A program made the position numbers and the translations under genes. 64,000 nucleotides of DNA from an uncultured Fibrobacterota bacterium (lineage in GTDB: Bacteria > Fibrobacterota > Chitinivibrionia > Chitinivibrionales > CAYFVL01): assembly GCA_964586285.1 (NCBI GenBank), contig CAZPHU010000001.1, positions 63,463-127,462 of the forward strand, written 5' to 3'. The notes below the pieces were generated by a model that saw only the letters and a program-made list of their open reading frames with translations, searched no databases and was not told the DNA's origin. Of this stretch, positions 35,122 through 44,945 are shown piece by piece (positions within the stretch are counted from its first letter, which is position 1; every line of letters begins with the position of its first letter).

Positions 35122-36579
35122 TCAAGCCAGGTATGTGGATGAGGCGGTGTCACCCCCGCGACCGGTCCAGTTGGTGTGAAAGAAACGCCCTCTGGGTTGA
35201 TCGAGCCTCTCGTAAGTATGGGCACCGAAATAGTCCCTTTGTGCCTGTATCAGATTAGCGGGAAGACGTCCCGTGCGATAACCGTCATAAAAGGCAAGCG
35301 CGGTTGAAAACGCCGGCACGGGTATTCCCGAAAGTGCGGCACGGCTTATTACCCGCCGCCAGGCATCCTGAGATTCATGTATGATATTTTTGAAGTAATC
35401 GTCCAGCAGCATATTGGTGAGATTTGAATTTTTATCAAAGGCTAACTTGATTTTGTCAAGAAACGCGCTCCTTATAATGCATCCGCCGCGCCACATAAGC
35501 GCAATATCCCCGTAGTTCAAGTCCCAACCATACTCACCGGCGGCCTGTCGAAGAAGCATATATCCCTGGGCGTAACTGACAACCTTGGAGGCCAGAAGGG
35601 CCTTGCGTATATCAACAATCAATTGCTCTTTATCACCATCAATTCCCGGAGTTGGGCCTTTTAAGATACCTGCAGCCTGCTCCCGTTCCTCTTTGAGGGC
35701 CGACAGAAATCTGGCGTATACGGCTTCGGCGATAAGTGTCAGGGGCATTCCGCCTTCAAGAGAGCTTATCGCAGTCCATTTCCCCGTACCCTTCTGTCCG
35801 GCACTGTCAAGTATTGTGTCCAGCGTGAATTCCCCTTTGTCGTCCTGATAAGACAGTATATCACGGGTGATCTCGATCAAATAACTGTCAAGATCTCCCC
35901 TGTTCCATTGGTCAAACACTTCATGCATCCGCTCGTTTGTTAATCCGAGTCCGGCTTTCATCAGATGATATGCTTCCGCGATAAGCTGCATGTCGCCGTA
36001 TTCGATGCCGTTGTGAACCATTTTGACATAGTGCCCCGCCCCATCCGAGCCGACCCACTCACAGCAGGCGGAACCGTCGGGAGCCTTGGCGGCGATCGTC
36101 TGAAAAATCTCTTTAACCAGCGGCCAGGCCCCGGCACTGCCTCCGGGCATTATCGACGGTCCCCTTCGAGCACCTTCCTCACCCCCGCTTACACCGGTGC
36201 CGATAAAAAGAAACCCCTTCTCCTCCAGGTAGCGGGTTCTTCGGATTGAATCCCGGTAGTTGGAGTTGCCTCCGTCGATGATAAGATCGCCGCATTCCAA
36301 ATGAGGCAGCAGCTGTTCGATAAAATCGTCAACCGCCTTGCCCGCTTTCACCATGAGCATGACCTTGCGTGGAGACTTAAGCCCCTTTATCATCTCCCCT
36401 ATCGAATGCGCCCCCAAAACATTTTCGTGCCCTTTAGCCGCACCGTTAATGAAATCATCCACTTTCGAAACCGTACGATTATATGCCACAACTTTATATC
36501 CGTTATCAGCCATGTTGAGAATCAGATTTTGTCCCATTACCGCCAATCCAATCACCGCGATATCAGCACGTTGTTGCAT
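35122..36579 (-). CDS. gnd: 6-phosphogluconate dehydrogenase (decarboxylating)
   Basis: IAVIGLAVMGQNLILNMADNGY and the rest are highly Gnd-like (GTGVSGGEEGAR, HNGIEYGDMQLI). The ATG at 36579 lies 6 nt after AGGAG. Confidence 0.93.
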   Translation of the reverse strand: MQQRADIAVIGLAVMGQNLILNMADNGYKVVAYNRTVSKVDDFINGAAKGHENVLGAHSIGEMIKGLKSPRKVMLMVKAGKAVDDFIEQLLPHLECGDLIIDGGNSNYRDSIRRTRYLEEKGFLFIGTGVSGGEEGARRGPSIMPGGSAGAWPLVKEIFQTIAAKAPDGSACCEWVGSDGAGHYVKMVHNGIEYGDMQLIAEAYHLMKAGLGLTNERMHEVFDQWNRGDLDSYLIEITRDILSYQDDKGEFTLDTILDSAGQKGTGKWTAISSLEGGMPLTLIAEAVYARFLSALKEEREQAAGILKGPTPGIDGDKEQLIVDIRKALLASKVVSYAQGYMLLRQAAGEYGWDLNYGDIALMWRGGCIIRSAFLDKIKLAFDKNSNLTNMLLDDYFKNIIHESQDAWRRVISRAALSGIPVPAFSTALAFYDGYRTGRLPANLIQAQRDYFGAHTYERLDQPRGRFFHTNWTGRGGDTASSTYLA

Positions 36580-36657
36580 TATCATCTCCTTTAAAGCAGT
36601 ATTTTTCATCTAATTTTATATAAAACTTTTCTGTTCCAAAGCTTCTGCGATCATCAC

Positions 36658-37788
36658 CTATTCCACAGAAAACCCAAGCCTTGAGAGCTGCGTGTGCTCA
36701 TTGGATTCCCGGGAAACGCCTTGGATTTTGTAGTGGCTGAATTCAAGACGCTTAGGGTAGTCCCGCCGCAAGGAATCAAAGTATTCTCCACGCTTTTTCT
36801 CGGGTATTCCCCCCAGGGCACGAAAATCCTTATCATCACGCATGATCGGATACGCATTTCGAACGGCTTCAGCTGCCGGATCGGTGGAGTTACTTAAATC
36901 GATCGTTTTCATTTCCTCGGATTTCAACGCATCGCTCATGCTCCAAACCGGTTTCTTGAAGAAAAACGCGCATGCCGACTCATAAATCATGGATGTCCCT
37001 TTCACCTTACCGTCATAAGAATATCCGGCAATATGTGGAGTGGCGATATCGGTGGCCTTAAGCGATTCTACACTGATATTGGGCTCGTTTTCCCATACAT
37101 CCATAACCACGCTGTTCAAACGATTTCTGTTTGCGCGCAAAACCTTTTCGTCGACAATCCTGCCTCTGCTGGTATTGATCAGGTCGGCATTTTTCTTCAT
37201 CTCCAATAAAAAACCGTTATTGACCATGTGGTAGGTCGCATCGTTGCCTTGCATGTTCAAGGGCACATGCAAGGATACGATATCCGATTCCCTTAGCACC
37301 TTCTCCAAAGGCAGGTAGCTGCTGCTTCCCGAAATTTTCTTTTTGGGCGGATCGTTGAGCAGACAGTGCATTCCTAAAGCCTGGGCATGGCGAAAAACCC
37401 GACTGCCGATGTTTCCGCACCCGATTATACCCAAGGAAAGCTCATGGACTTTCTTACCTCTCTTTTCGGCCAGCTCAAAAAGAGCGGCCGTCATGTATTC
37501 GGCTACTGAATCGGCATTGGAGCCGGGTGCATATGCAAAACCAATATTGTTCTGAGCCAGATAGTCCGTATCCACGTGATCGGTGCCGATCGTGGCGGTA
37601 GCGACAAATTTTATACCCGATCCTTCCAGCAGATTCTGATCAACGGTGGTGATCGAGCGAACAAGCAGGATTGTCGCCCCTTTTAAAACCTCCGGCTTTA
37701 TATCACGTCCCGGAAGTGTATGTACCTCTCCGAAATCCTTGAATGCTTCTTCTACAAAAGGAATATTAGCATCGGCAATTATTTTCAT
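36658..37788 (-). CDS. pdxB: 4-phosphoerythronate dehydrogenase
   Basis: The start MKIIADANIPFVEEAF..FGEV is PdxB-like. A D-2-hydroxyacid dehydrogenase NAD fold (GIIGCGNIGSRV) and a PdxB-type C-terminal dimerisation extension are present. Length is ~376 aa. Confidence 0.85.
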   Translation of the reverse strand: MKIIADANIPFVEEAFKDFGEVHTLPGRDIKPEVLKGATILLVRSITTVDQNLLEGSGIKFVATATIGTDHVDTDYLAQNNIGFAYAPGSNADSVAEYMTAALFELAEKRGKKVHELSLGIIGCGNIGSRVFRHAQALGMHCLLNDPPKKKISGSSSYLPLEKVLRESDIVSLHVPLNMQGNDATYHMVNNGFLLEMKKNADLINTSRGRIVDEKVLRANRNRLNSVVMDVWENEPNISVESLKATDIATPHIAGYSYDGKVKGTSMIYESACAFFFKKPVWSMSDALKSEEMKTIDLSNSTDPAAEAVRNAYPIMRDDKDFRALGGIPEKKRGEYFDSLRRDYPKRLEFSHYKIQGVSRESNEHTQLSRLGFSVE

Positions 37789-38055
37789 CATTCTCCCCTT
37801 CATCGATACTCAACCATTCAAAATACAGTTTTTCGTAAGCATTCAGGAAAAAAACTGCAAGAACTTTGTAAGTATTGTATTTTTTCCTAATGATAACTAC
37901 GTCACGACCGGTGAAAATCGAGACAAAATACCTTCGCGTTCATAAAAACACCCGGTTCAAGGTACATCCTTTCCTGGTGTAACAAGCCGATGCATACGGA
38001 CCGACACCGATGTGTGTGTGAATCTATAAAATAAAAGGATTTAGTTAGAATTTAT

Positions 38056-39009
38056 ATGAATAACGGACAAAAGATACGAAACGCCTTATATGGAGCAATT
38101 CTTGGTGATGCTCTGGGGGTTCCGGTAGAGCATTCGACCAGACAGGAACTTGCGCTGTGTGCGGTCAAAAACATGCTCGGTTACGGTCGATACGATCAGC
38201 CCAAGGGGACCTGGTCGGATGATTCTTCCATGATACTCTGTACCTGTGAAGCACTGTTAAAGGAATATAACCTTGATACGATCGCAAATGTTTTTGAGAA
38301 ATGGCTTTTCGAGGGATATTGGACTCCGTACGGTCATGTGTTTGATTCGGGTCTGACAACCGTCACCGCATTGGAGTCGATTCGTTCGGGAGCTGGTCCT
38401 CGCGAATCCGGACAAACCACAGTCGACGACAACGGCAACGGATCACTGATGCGCATTTTACCGGCTGCTTTATACTTTGCACGTCTGCCGCTGGATGAAT
38501 TCCTCAACCGTATCCACGAGATTTGTGCGATAACCCATGCTCATGCAAGGGCCCAGATTGGTTGTGGAATTTATTCATTAATCGTTCGAAACCTCTTACT
38601 TTCTCAATCCGATAAGCTCAATGCGGTTATGTCGGCTGTGGATTGTGCGGTTGAGTACTATCAGCGGCTTGAACCGTTTCGCAACGAACTGCGCCTGTTC
38701 TCAAGGATAACCGATCACAAGACAGCTGATCTAAAAGAGACTGCGATTAGATCATCCGGCTATGTGATTGATACGCTGGAAGCATCGCTGTGGTGTTTTT
38801 TACGTCATGACGATACCCGCTCGATTCTGCTCTCGGCCATTAATCTTGGACTGGACACCGATACCACCGGAACCGTAGCTGGAGGAATAGCGGGCCTTTA
38901 CCATGGACTGCAATCCATTCCTTCGGACTGGCTCAGCTCTCTTGCACGCAAAAGTGACATCGACCAGTTGATCGAAGCCTTTGCCCAAACCGTTGAAAAA
39001 CACCGCTGA
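38056..39009 (+). CDS. ADP-ribosylglycohydrolase family protein (DraG/YegU-like)
   Basis: GAILGDALGVPVE, WSDDSSM, GNGSLMRI and GLDTDTTGTVAGGIAG are classical ARH metal-site motifs. Confidence 0.85.
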   Translation: MNNGQKIRNALYGAILGDALGVPVEHSTRQELALCAVKNMLGYGRYDQPKGTWSDDSSMILCTCEALLKEYNLDTIANVFEKWLFEGYWTPYGHVFDSGLTTVTALESIRSGAGPRESGQTTVDDNGNGSLMRILPAALYFARLPLDEFLNRIHEICAITHAHARAQIGCGIYSLIVRNLLLSQSDKLNAVMSAVDCAVEYYQRLEPFRNELRLFSRITDHKTADLKETAIRSSGYVIDTLEASLWCFLRHDDTRSILLSAINLGLDTDTTGTVAGGIAGLYHGLQSIPSDWLSSLARKSDIDQLIEAFAQTVEKHR

Positions 39010-39020
39010 TCGGAGATCTA

Positions 39021-39955
39021 TGAAGCTGCCTAAAATTCGTGATTACGACTTACTAGTGTTGGGAGAGGTGCTGGTTGAATTCCGCTGCGACTGCAATATC
39101 GCTCTTTGCGACAGTTATCAAAAAGATATTGGCGGTTCGGATGTATACGTCGCTGCAACAGCCGCACGCCTTGGTTCCAACGTGTCATTTCTTTCTTCTA
39201 TTGCCCGCGACCCATTTCATGGTCTAATAAGGGAACGCTTTCTTTCGCAGGGAATAAATATCGACCATGTGGTTACGCGCGACGGATTTAATGGTATCTA
39301 CTTCGTCAGCAGCCGCAATCAGCTGGACCGTGAGTATCTGTTTCATCGCCCCGGAACCACAGCCGCTTACATCAGTCCGTCAATGGTATATGACAATCTC
39401 CTTCAGGACAGCAAGATTGTATACGCCGGCAGCGAGCTGCAGTCGGCTTCAAAAGCCGCCCGTCACGCAGTGTTCAAAGCCTTTCACGGGGCGCATATCA
39501 ACGATGTGATGGTGGCCTACGATCCAAACCTTCGCCTTCACAGATGGTCGCTGGATGATGCAAAGGAGAGTCTGTGGAGCGTTCTTCCTCTACTGGATGT
39601 CATTCTGCCGTCTTCTCCCGATGAGTCCAAGGCACTGTTTGGGTATGAACGACCATTGGATGTGATCGGGTTTTTATGGGATCGCGGGGTTTCCATAGTC
39701 GCGGTAAAGATGGGAAACGGGGGGTGTATGATAGGCTACGACGGGAAAGTAGAAGAATTCACCCCACCGCATGTACCCGAATCGGTAAATCATGTAGCAC
39801 TGATTGGATCGGCATTCAACGGCGCTTTTCTACACTCCATAGCCCGCGGACACGATCCTTTTACCGCCGCACAACTTGCCAACAGTGTTGCGCTTTTTAA
39901 GGGGCTTAGTGGAGACGGGATTTCATCTCTGCCTACTGAACAGGATCTGGAGTAG
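39021..39955 (+). CDS. PfkB-family carbohydrate/nucleoside kinase (KdgK/YegV-like)
   Basis: DLLVLGEVLVEF, GGSDVYVA and the C-terminal ALIGSAFNGAFLHSIARG (DTxGAGD-region variant) are present. The ATG at 39021 lies 11 nt after the ARH stop. Confidence 0.8.
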
Positions 39956-39956
39956 G

Positions 39957-41516
39957 TTACATCTCTTTATAAAACTCGAATGGATATCTGATTTTCATGG
40001 CTCCCAGTGAATCGGGAACCGGTCGAAAACGCCAGGAGTTGATTTTGTCGGACACCAGCCTCTCAAACTTCTGATCTCCAAGATTGGATTGTACAATCCT
40101 TAAATTAGCGACGGCACCGTCTGCCTTGATTTCCATTTCGACAAGCATTTTGCCCGACAGATTGTCACCCGAGCGCAGCCTTTTATTATACAGATAACGA
40201 AGCTGAGACGCGTTTTCGTCTATTGTGTTTTTAAGTACGCTTGGCCGACGAAAGGGGTTTCCGGCAAGAAGTTGCTTTCTTTGCAGTTCTATCGCCTGAG
40301 ACTTGCTCAACCCCTGCTCTTCAATCATTTTACGGGTCAGTTCCTCCATCTGCTTACGGCGCTCTTTCTTGCCGGTCAGATCCAGGTCTCCGATATTATT
40401 TATCAGACTCATCAGCTCTTGGTCGGAAGGATTCCCGCCGGCGCTGCTTTTCTGAAGTTCTTTCTCCAGCTCGTTTCGTATCGAACTGGTAGACATCATC
40501 TTACTGAACTGTTCAACCTTTGCCATAAATTTCTGGTCTTTATATGCCTCCAACTGCTCACGCGCTTCCTGCGCCATCTGTTTCTTCTGCTCGTAAAACT
40601 CACCCAGCATGAGCATGCGGCGATTGGCTTGCCTCACCCATTTTCCTTTATTTCTTATAACCGCTCTATACTCGATCAACGCTTCCTCAACCTCTCCCAG
40701 TTCCTCATGCGAACGTCCCTTGAAAAACCGAGCCTCTATTGTCGCTTTATCATTGTTGTCCGATCGTAGAAAACCCGAATAGTTCTTTATCGCTCCGCGG
40801 TAGTCCATCAGAAGGTAGTACTGTTTAGCCTTATCAAGCTGCGTCAGATTCCTTTTACTTAGTTGCTCTCTTTGCTTTTCGATCGACTGAATGAAATCTA
40901 GAAGTTTCCAGGAGAGAATCCCCGCGTCGGTATGAGGATATTGATTTATGACCCTTTCATAGATTCCCTTTGCCGACTCATATTCACTCATCATCGAGTG
41001 GCAAAACGCCTTATGTATCAGTACGGATGCACGTATGTCGTTGTCGATATCATTCATCCCCAGGACATCTTCATAAGTTTTTATCGCCTCGGAGTATCTT
41101 CTGGTCCGTTCCCAGAAATAACCTATCTCAAGTACCTCGAAAATCTTATTCTCTTCCCGAGGGTTTATGACCGGTTTACCCAAAACCACCCGAATACCAT
41201 TGAGTATATGACGAACGGGAACTAAATATGTCTTATCCTTTCCGTCATCTTCTTTTAATTGCTCTCCCGACATAAGAGTCTGGATTTTTGCCTCAAGCTC
41301 ATAATCTTCGAAATCTGCTTCCCCCTGCTCTATACGCCTCTTGATCAGCTCGTATTTGGTTACGATTCCAAGAGAACGTGAGGTACCCTTGTCGTCCGCG
41401 GCTTTGCCCAGAAGGTAATTCATCTCCCGCATTCGAATATCGATTGACCCTATATTCAACGCAAGCGTTATCGCCAGCAAAAGGATAATCAAAAAAAACC
41501 GCAGAACCGTTTTCAT
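39957..41516 (-). CDS. TPR-repeat protein with a C-terminal TonB_C-like domain
   Basis: An N-terminal TM is followed by TPR-like helices (YSEAIKTYEDVL, YESAKGIYERVINQYP, YRGAIKNYSGFL). The C-terminus, GKMLVEMEIKADGAVANLRIVQSNLGDQKFERLVSDKINSWRFRPVP, resembles the TonB C-terminal fold. The start overlaps the upstream stop (ATGA). Confidence 0.65.
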   Translation of the reverse strand: MKTVLRFFLIILLLAITLALNIGSIDIRMREMNYLLGKAADDKGTSRSLGIVTKYELIKRRIEQGEADFEDYELEAKIQTLMSGEQLKEDDGKDKTYLVPVRHILNGIRVVLGKPVINPREENKIFEVLEIGYFWERTRRYSEAIKTYEDVLGMNDIDNDIRASVLIHKAFCHSMMSEYESAKGIYERVINQYPHTDAGILSWKLLDFIQSIEKQREQLSKRNLTQLDKAKQYYLLMDYRGAIKNYSGFLRSDNNDKATIEARFFKGRSHEELGEVEEALIEYRAVIRNKGKWVRQANRRMLMLGEFYEQKKQMAQEAREQLEAYKDQKFMAKVEQFSKMMSTSSIRNELEKELQKSSAGGNPSDQELMSLINNIGDLDLTGKKERRKQMEELTRKMIEEQGLSKSQAIELQRKQLLAGNPFRRPSVLKNTIDENASQLRYLYNKRLRSGDNLSGKMLVEMEIKADGAVANLRIVQSNLGDQKFERLVSDKINSWRFRPVPDSLGAMKIRYPFEFYKEM

Positions 41517-43096
41517 ACAGTCCCGTCCCCGCGAGAATTACGTTTGGGATGTTCGCCCCGTTTTTTTATTACTGATGCGGGCGGCATCTGTGCCTGGTCA
41601 ACAGGCCCCATACCACCGTTTTGATTCACAGGACCGTTCGGATTGACAGTACCCATACCACCGTTTCGGTTGACAGGAGCGGGACCACCAACACGTTTGA
41701 TGGAAACTGGGCCCACATTGCGGGTCGGGTTTACATTTGTAGGTATCGCCGAGCGCGGTATCCGCTGAGTCGGACTGACCGGAGCCGTTCTCCGGTCTAT
41801 GGCATAGCAGGATCCGTCCATCTTTTTAACATACGATTTGACTTCAGCGGCGACCTGTATCATTTCGGCATGGCGTCGGAAAGGACGTGTTTTGTTGGTT
41901 ACCACAGCCACCGATATACTCATGAGAGGAAATCGTTGGCGTTCTCCCTGTCGGTTGATTGATTCAATAAAACCGTTACGCGCATCAACTGAGTTATAAA
42001 ACTGATAAACACCCCGGTCAAAGGTTGTAATGAAAGCTTTAGCAAACTGCTCCCAACAGCTGTAATCGCAAACAACAACAAAATCATCACCGCCTTCATG
42101 GCCGACGAAAACATTTCGCATGTCTTTTCTCTTTGCCACACTGACAAGACAGTCCCGTGTATAGAGTATGGCCTCATCTCCTTTTGTAAATCCATACTTA
42201 TCATTGTATGCCTTGAAGTTATCCAGGTCGCAGTATAAAACGCTAATAAAATGACCGTTTCTCAAGCACTCGTCTATGTAATTGGCGATGGTGACATTTC
42301 CCGGCAGCCCGGTCAGCGGGTTTGCACCTTTGGCTTCGTCCCTCATTCTTTGAAGTGCGACACTCATTTCGTTAAACGACGTAGCAAGCTGGCCGATTTC
42401 ATCATCCCTGACAATTGATACACGGATATCCAGATCACCCCGGGAGATGGAATGGGTCGCATCAAGCAAATTACGCAACGGTATGATGAACATCTTGGAG
42501 ATCGCTACCGCAAAGACGACATGTATACCGATAATCAATAAGGCGATTAACAGGCATTGACGGTAAAGATAGGACATCTGCTTATTTATATCTTTCATCT
42601 CCAGCGTTATCGCAGCAGCACCGATTTTATCCCCTTCATAGGTAAAAGGTATATACAGATCTATTGTTTTTTCCCTTTTATCCACCTTATGATAATAGAG
42701 CTTATCTTCAAAAGACCTTTTAGTAATTGCCATATTGATCATTTTCAGCTGATCAACACTCGCCTCGTTTCTCTCTATTTTGGTGTTTTCCTCTACGGCA
42801 ACAAATACTTTTCCCGCTTCACTGAAAAGTGTTATAGTATGGATTCCAAGCGTGCCGGCCTCTTTGAGTATTCTATTGATTGTAACGGCATTAAGACTGG
42901 CCTCTCCCTCGATTACTTTATCTATGTGGTGTCTGAGTGTGGAACCTTTGTGCTGGCTGTTGAGGATGGCATTTTCAGCGATCAGATCAAGCTGGTTTTC
43001 AAAAACCATAAGCACGAATACGGACACATTAAGAACCGTTACAAAGAAATAGATGAGCCCTGTTTTAAAGATTATGGATTTTGCCCGTAACTGCAT
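41513..43096 (-). CDS. Membrane sensor with HAMP and a non-canonical GGDEF domain (GGDDF), plus a Pro/Gly/Asn-rich repetitive tail
   Basis: Two TMs flank a ~150-aa extracytoplasmic region. HAMP is present (PLRNLLDATHSISRGDLDIRV...EIGQLATSFNEM). The GGDEF-like core reads NPLTGLPGN...DLDNFKAYNDKYGFTKGD...GHEGGDDFVVV. The tail carries NGGMG(T/P)V repeats. Confidence 0.8.
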   Translation of the reverse strand: MQLRAKSIIFKTGLIYFFVTVLNVSVFVLMVFENQLDLIAENAILNSQHKGSTLRHHIDKVIEGEASLNAVTINRILKEAGTLGIHTITLFSEAGKVFVAVEENTKIERNEASVDQLKMINMAITKRSFEDKLYYHKVDKREKTIDLYIPFTYEGDKIGAAAITLEMKDINKQMSYLYRQCLLIALLIIGIHVVFAVAISKMFIIPLRNLLDATHSISRGDLDIRVSIVRDDEIGQLATSFNEMSVALQRMRDEAKGANPLTGLPGNVTIANYIDECLRNGHFISVLYCDLDNFKAYNDKYGFTKGDEAILYTRDCLVSVAKRKDMRNVFVGHEGGDDFVVVCDYSCWEQFAKAFITTFDRGVYQFYNSVDARNGFIESINRQGERQRFPLMSISVAVVTNKTRPFRRHAEMIQVAAEVKSYVKKMDGSCYAIDRRTAPVSPTQRIPRSAIPTNVNPTRNVGPVSIKRVGGPAPVNRNGGMGTVNPNGPVNQNGGMGPVDQAQMPPASVIKKRGEHPKRNSRGDGTV

Positions 43097-43197
43097 AAGG
43101 CTGGACTTCCTTCATTGTAATTACAATATTTCAATGGGTTACCCATGTGAGAGTCGTCGTTTGAACAACAAAGAGGCACAACATGGTTATCTGATTA

Positions 43198-43226
43198 ATG
43201 ATACCCTTTCAATAAGGCAATGTCAA
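43198..43226 (-). promoter_or_regulatory. Sigma70-like promoter for the GGDEF/TPR-TonB_C operon (TTGACA-N17-TATCAT on the minus strand)
   Basis: The -35 element is tgtcaa at 43221-43226 and the -10 is atgata at 43198-43203 (plus-strand spelling), with a 17-nt spacer, about 100 nt upstream of the ATG at 43096. The perfect 14-nt palindrome ATTGTAATTACAAT (43114-43127) lies between the promoter and the RBS. Confidence 0.4.
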
Positions 43227-43592
43227 TAAAAGTCGCATACTTACCAAAAGAAATCCGGGGAGCATATTGCAAAGGTTCGCCGTTTTTCGTTTGCAGAAAA
43301 TTATAATCCCGCAGGCTGCGCAAGCCTTTGGTTTGCAGTGTGGCAGGAGATACAGATTCCGATCGAGATCGGGAAGGTGAGTAGTATCGATACGCCCCCG
43401 GCAATTTTATGGGAGGAGCCGACGTGAAAGCACCGGCCTATGGCTGAGTCGATAGAGGAATTGCACTTAAACTGCCCAACCCTTAGCAGAATCAATATAA
43501 AAGTGGCTTTTTAAAACAGATCGGATCGGCAGCCGAATCGATTGAAAACTTAGTTTGAAAATCGGCAAAGAGTTGGGCTCAGTTTGCTCAAG

Positions 43593-44927
43593 CTATGATG
43601 CCTCGTATTCATTTAACTTGTTTCGCAAAGTCCTGATAGAGATATCAAGCATTTGAGCTGCTCTGGTGCGGTTATTATCACAATAATCGAGAGTTTTCAT
43701 GATCAACTCTCTTTCGGCCTCCGCTACGGTCATTCCCGCAGCCAATCCGTCATTTGATGACTTACCCGGTACCGAGAAATTAAACATTTTCGGCTTTATC
43801 AGTCCGTTTCGGGTCAGAACAACCGCGCGCTCCACCGCATTCTCCAGCTCCCGAATATTCCCAGGCCAGGTATGCTTGCGCATCACGGCATAACATTCTG
43901 ATTCCAGACCTTCAACATGAAACCCGTTTTCATCACTGCACTTTTTGACGAAATGGTTGGCCAAAACTTCCAGATCCTCCAGACGTTCCCGAAGCGGCGG
44001 CAGTTGGATATGAAAAACATTCAGGCGGTAAAAAAGATCCTCTCTGAAATTACCCTTTGCTATCTCATCCTGAAGGTTACGGTTGGTGGTCGCGACGATT
44101 CTCACGTCTACACTGACCGAATTATCCCCTCCCACCTTGCTCACTTCACGCTCCTGAAGAACTCGAAGCAGCTTTGCCTGAACGTGGATAGGCATCTCGC
44201 CTATTTCGTCCAGAAGGAAAGTACCCCCTGAAGCGCGCTCAAACATGCCCGTGCGGCTTCGAAGTGCTCCGGTAAAAGCACCTTTCTCATGACCGAAAAG
44301 CTCCGATTCGATAAGCCCTTCGGGAAGCGCTGCACAGTTTACCTTAATGAAAGGCCCGGCCTGACGGGGGCTTAGGTAGTGTATTGACCGTGCGATCAAT
44401 TCTTTTCCCGTACCGGATTCTCCCGAAATCAAAACTGTCGAGCGGCTCTGGGCCACCGTTTCAACAAGCTCTTTTATCTCTTTGATTGAATGTGTCTCGC
44501 CGATATAATTCCATTTATCCGCAAGAGCTGTCTTCAACATTTTGTTTTCGGTAATTAAAGAACGATACTTCAAGGTACGATCTATATTCAGCTCCACCTG
44601 ATCCAGAAGGTTCATACCTTTCTGAATAAAATCATATGCACCTTTTCTCATTGCCTCAACGGCAAGATCGACTGCACCAAAGGCGGTTATGACAATAAAG
44701 GGCACGTCTTCGTCTATCCGCTTGATTTTTTCCAAAAGCTCGATACCGCTCATGCCGGGCATTTTAATGTCGGATATGACCAGGTCGAAATCTTCGCCCC
44801 GAAACACTTCAAGCGCCTGCGCGCCGTTTGAACACGGATATACTTCCAGACCCTTACGCTCAAGAATCTCTACGATCGATTCGCGCATATGCAAGTCATC
44901 ATCAACAACAAGTATTTTCTTTGCCAT
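43593..44927 (-). CDS. Sigma54-dependent response regulator (NtrC/AtoC family)
   Basis: A REC domain (KILVVDDD...DLVISDIKMPGMSG), AAA+ sigma54-interaction motifs (GESGTGKE, GAFTGA, ELFGHEKGAFTGA) and a C-terminal Fis-type HTH (NRTRAAQMLDISIRTLRNKL) are present. Confidence 0.9.
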   Translation of the reverse strand: MAKKILVVDDDLHMRESIVEILERKGLEVYPCSNGAQALEVFRGEDFDLVISDIKMPGMSGIELLEKIKRIDEDVPFIVITAFGAVDLAVEAMRKGAYDFIQKGMNLLDQVELNIDRTLKYRSLITENKMLKTALADKWNYIGETHSIKEIKELVETVAQSRSTVLISGESGTGKELIARSIHYLSPRQAGPFIKVNCAALPEGLIESELFGHEKGAFTGALRSRTGMFERASGGTFLLDEIGEMPIHVQAKLLRVLQEREVSKVGGDNSVSVDVRIVATTNRNLQDEIAKGNFREDLFYRLNVFHIQLPPLRERLEDLEVLANHFVKKCSDENGFHVEGLESECYAVMRKHTWPGNIRELENAVERAVVLTRNGLIKPKMFNFSVPGKSSNDGLAAGMTVAEAERELIMKTLDYCDNNRTRAAQMLDISIRTLRNKLNEYEAS

Positions 44928-44945
44928 TGCGGTTAACAACCTTCT

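Noticed and set aside
43397-43450. The plus-strand stretch GGCAATTTTATGGGAGGAGCCGACGTGAAAGCACCGGCCTATGG vaguely recalls the c-di-GMP-I (GEMM-I) riboswitch core (GGCAAA ... GACGCAAAGCC.CCGGCCTA). It lies next to a GGDEF gene.
   Set aside because: It is on the wrong strand for both flanking genes. The first hairpin with the GNRA tetraloop is missing, and the match covers only part of one helix. This is not enough to call a riboswitch without a covariance-model scan.
43195-43495. Two overlapping minus-strand ORFs (69 and 64 aa) in the GGDEF upstream region.
   Set aside because: They have no SD. One runs through the predicted promoter, and the products are Ser/Arg-rich with no motif.
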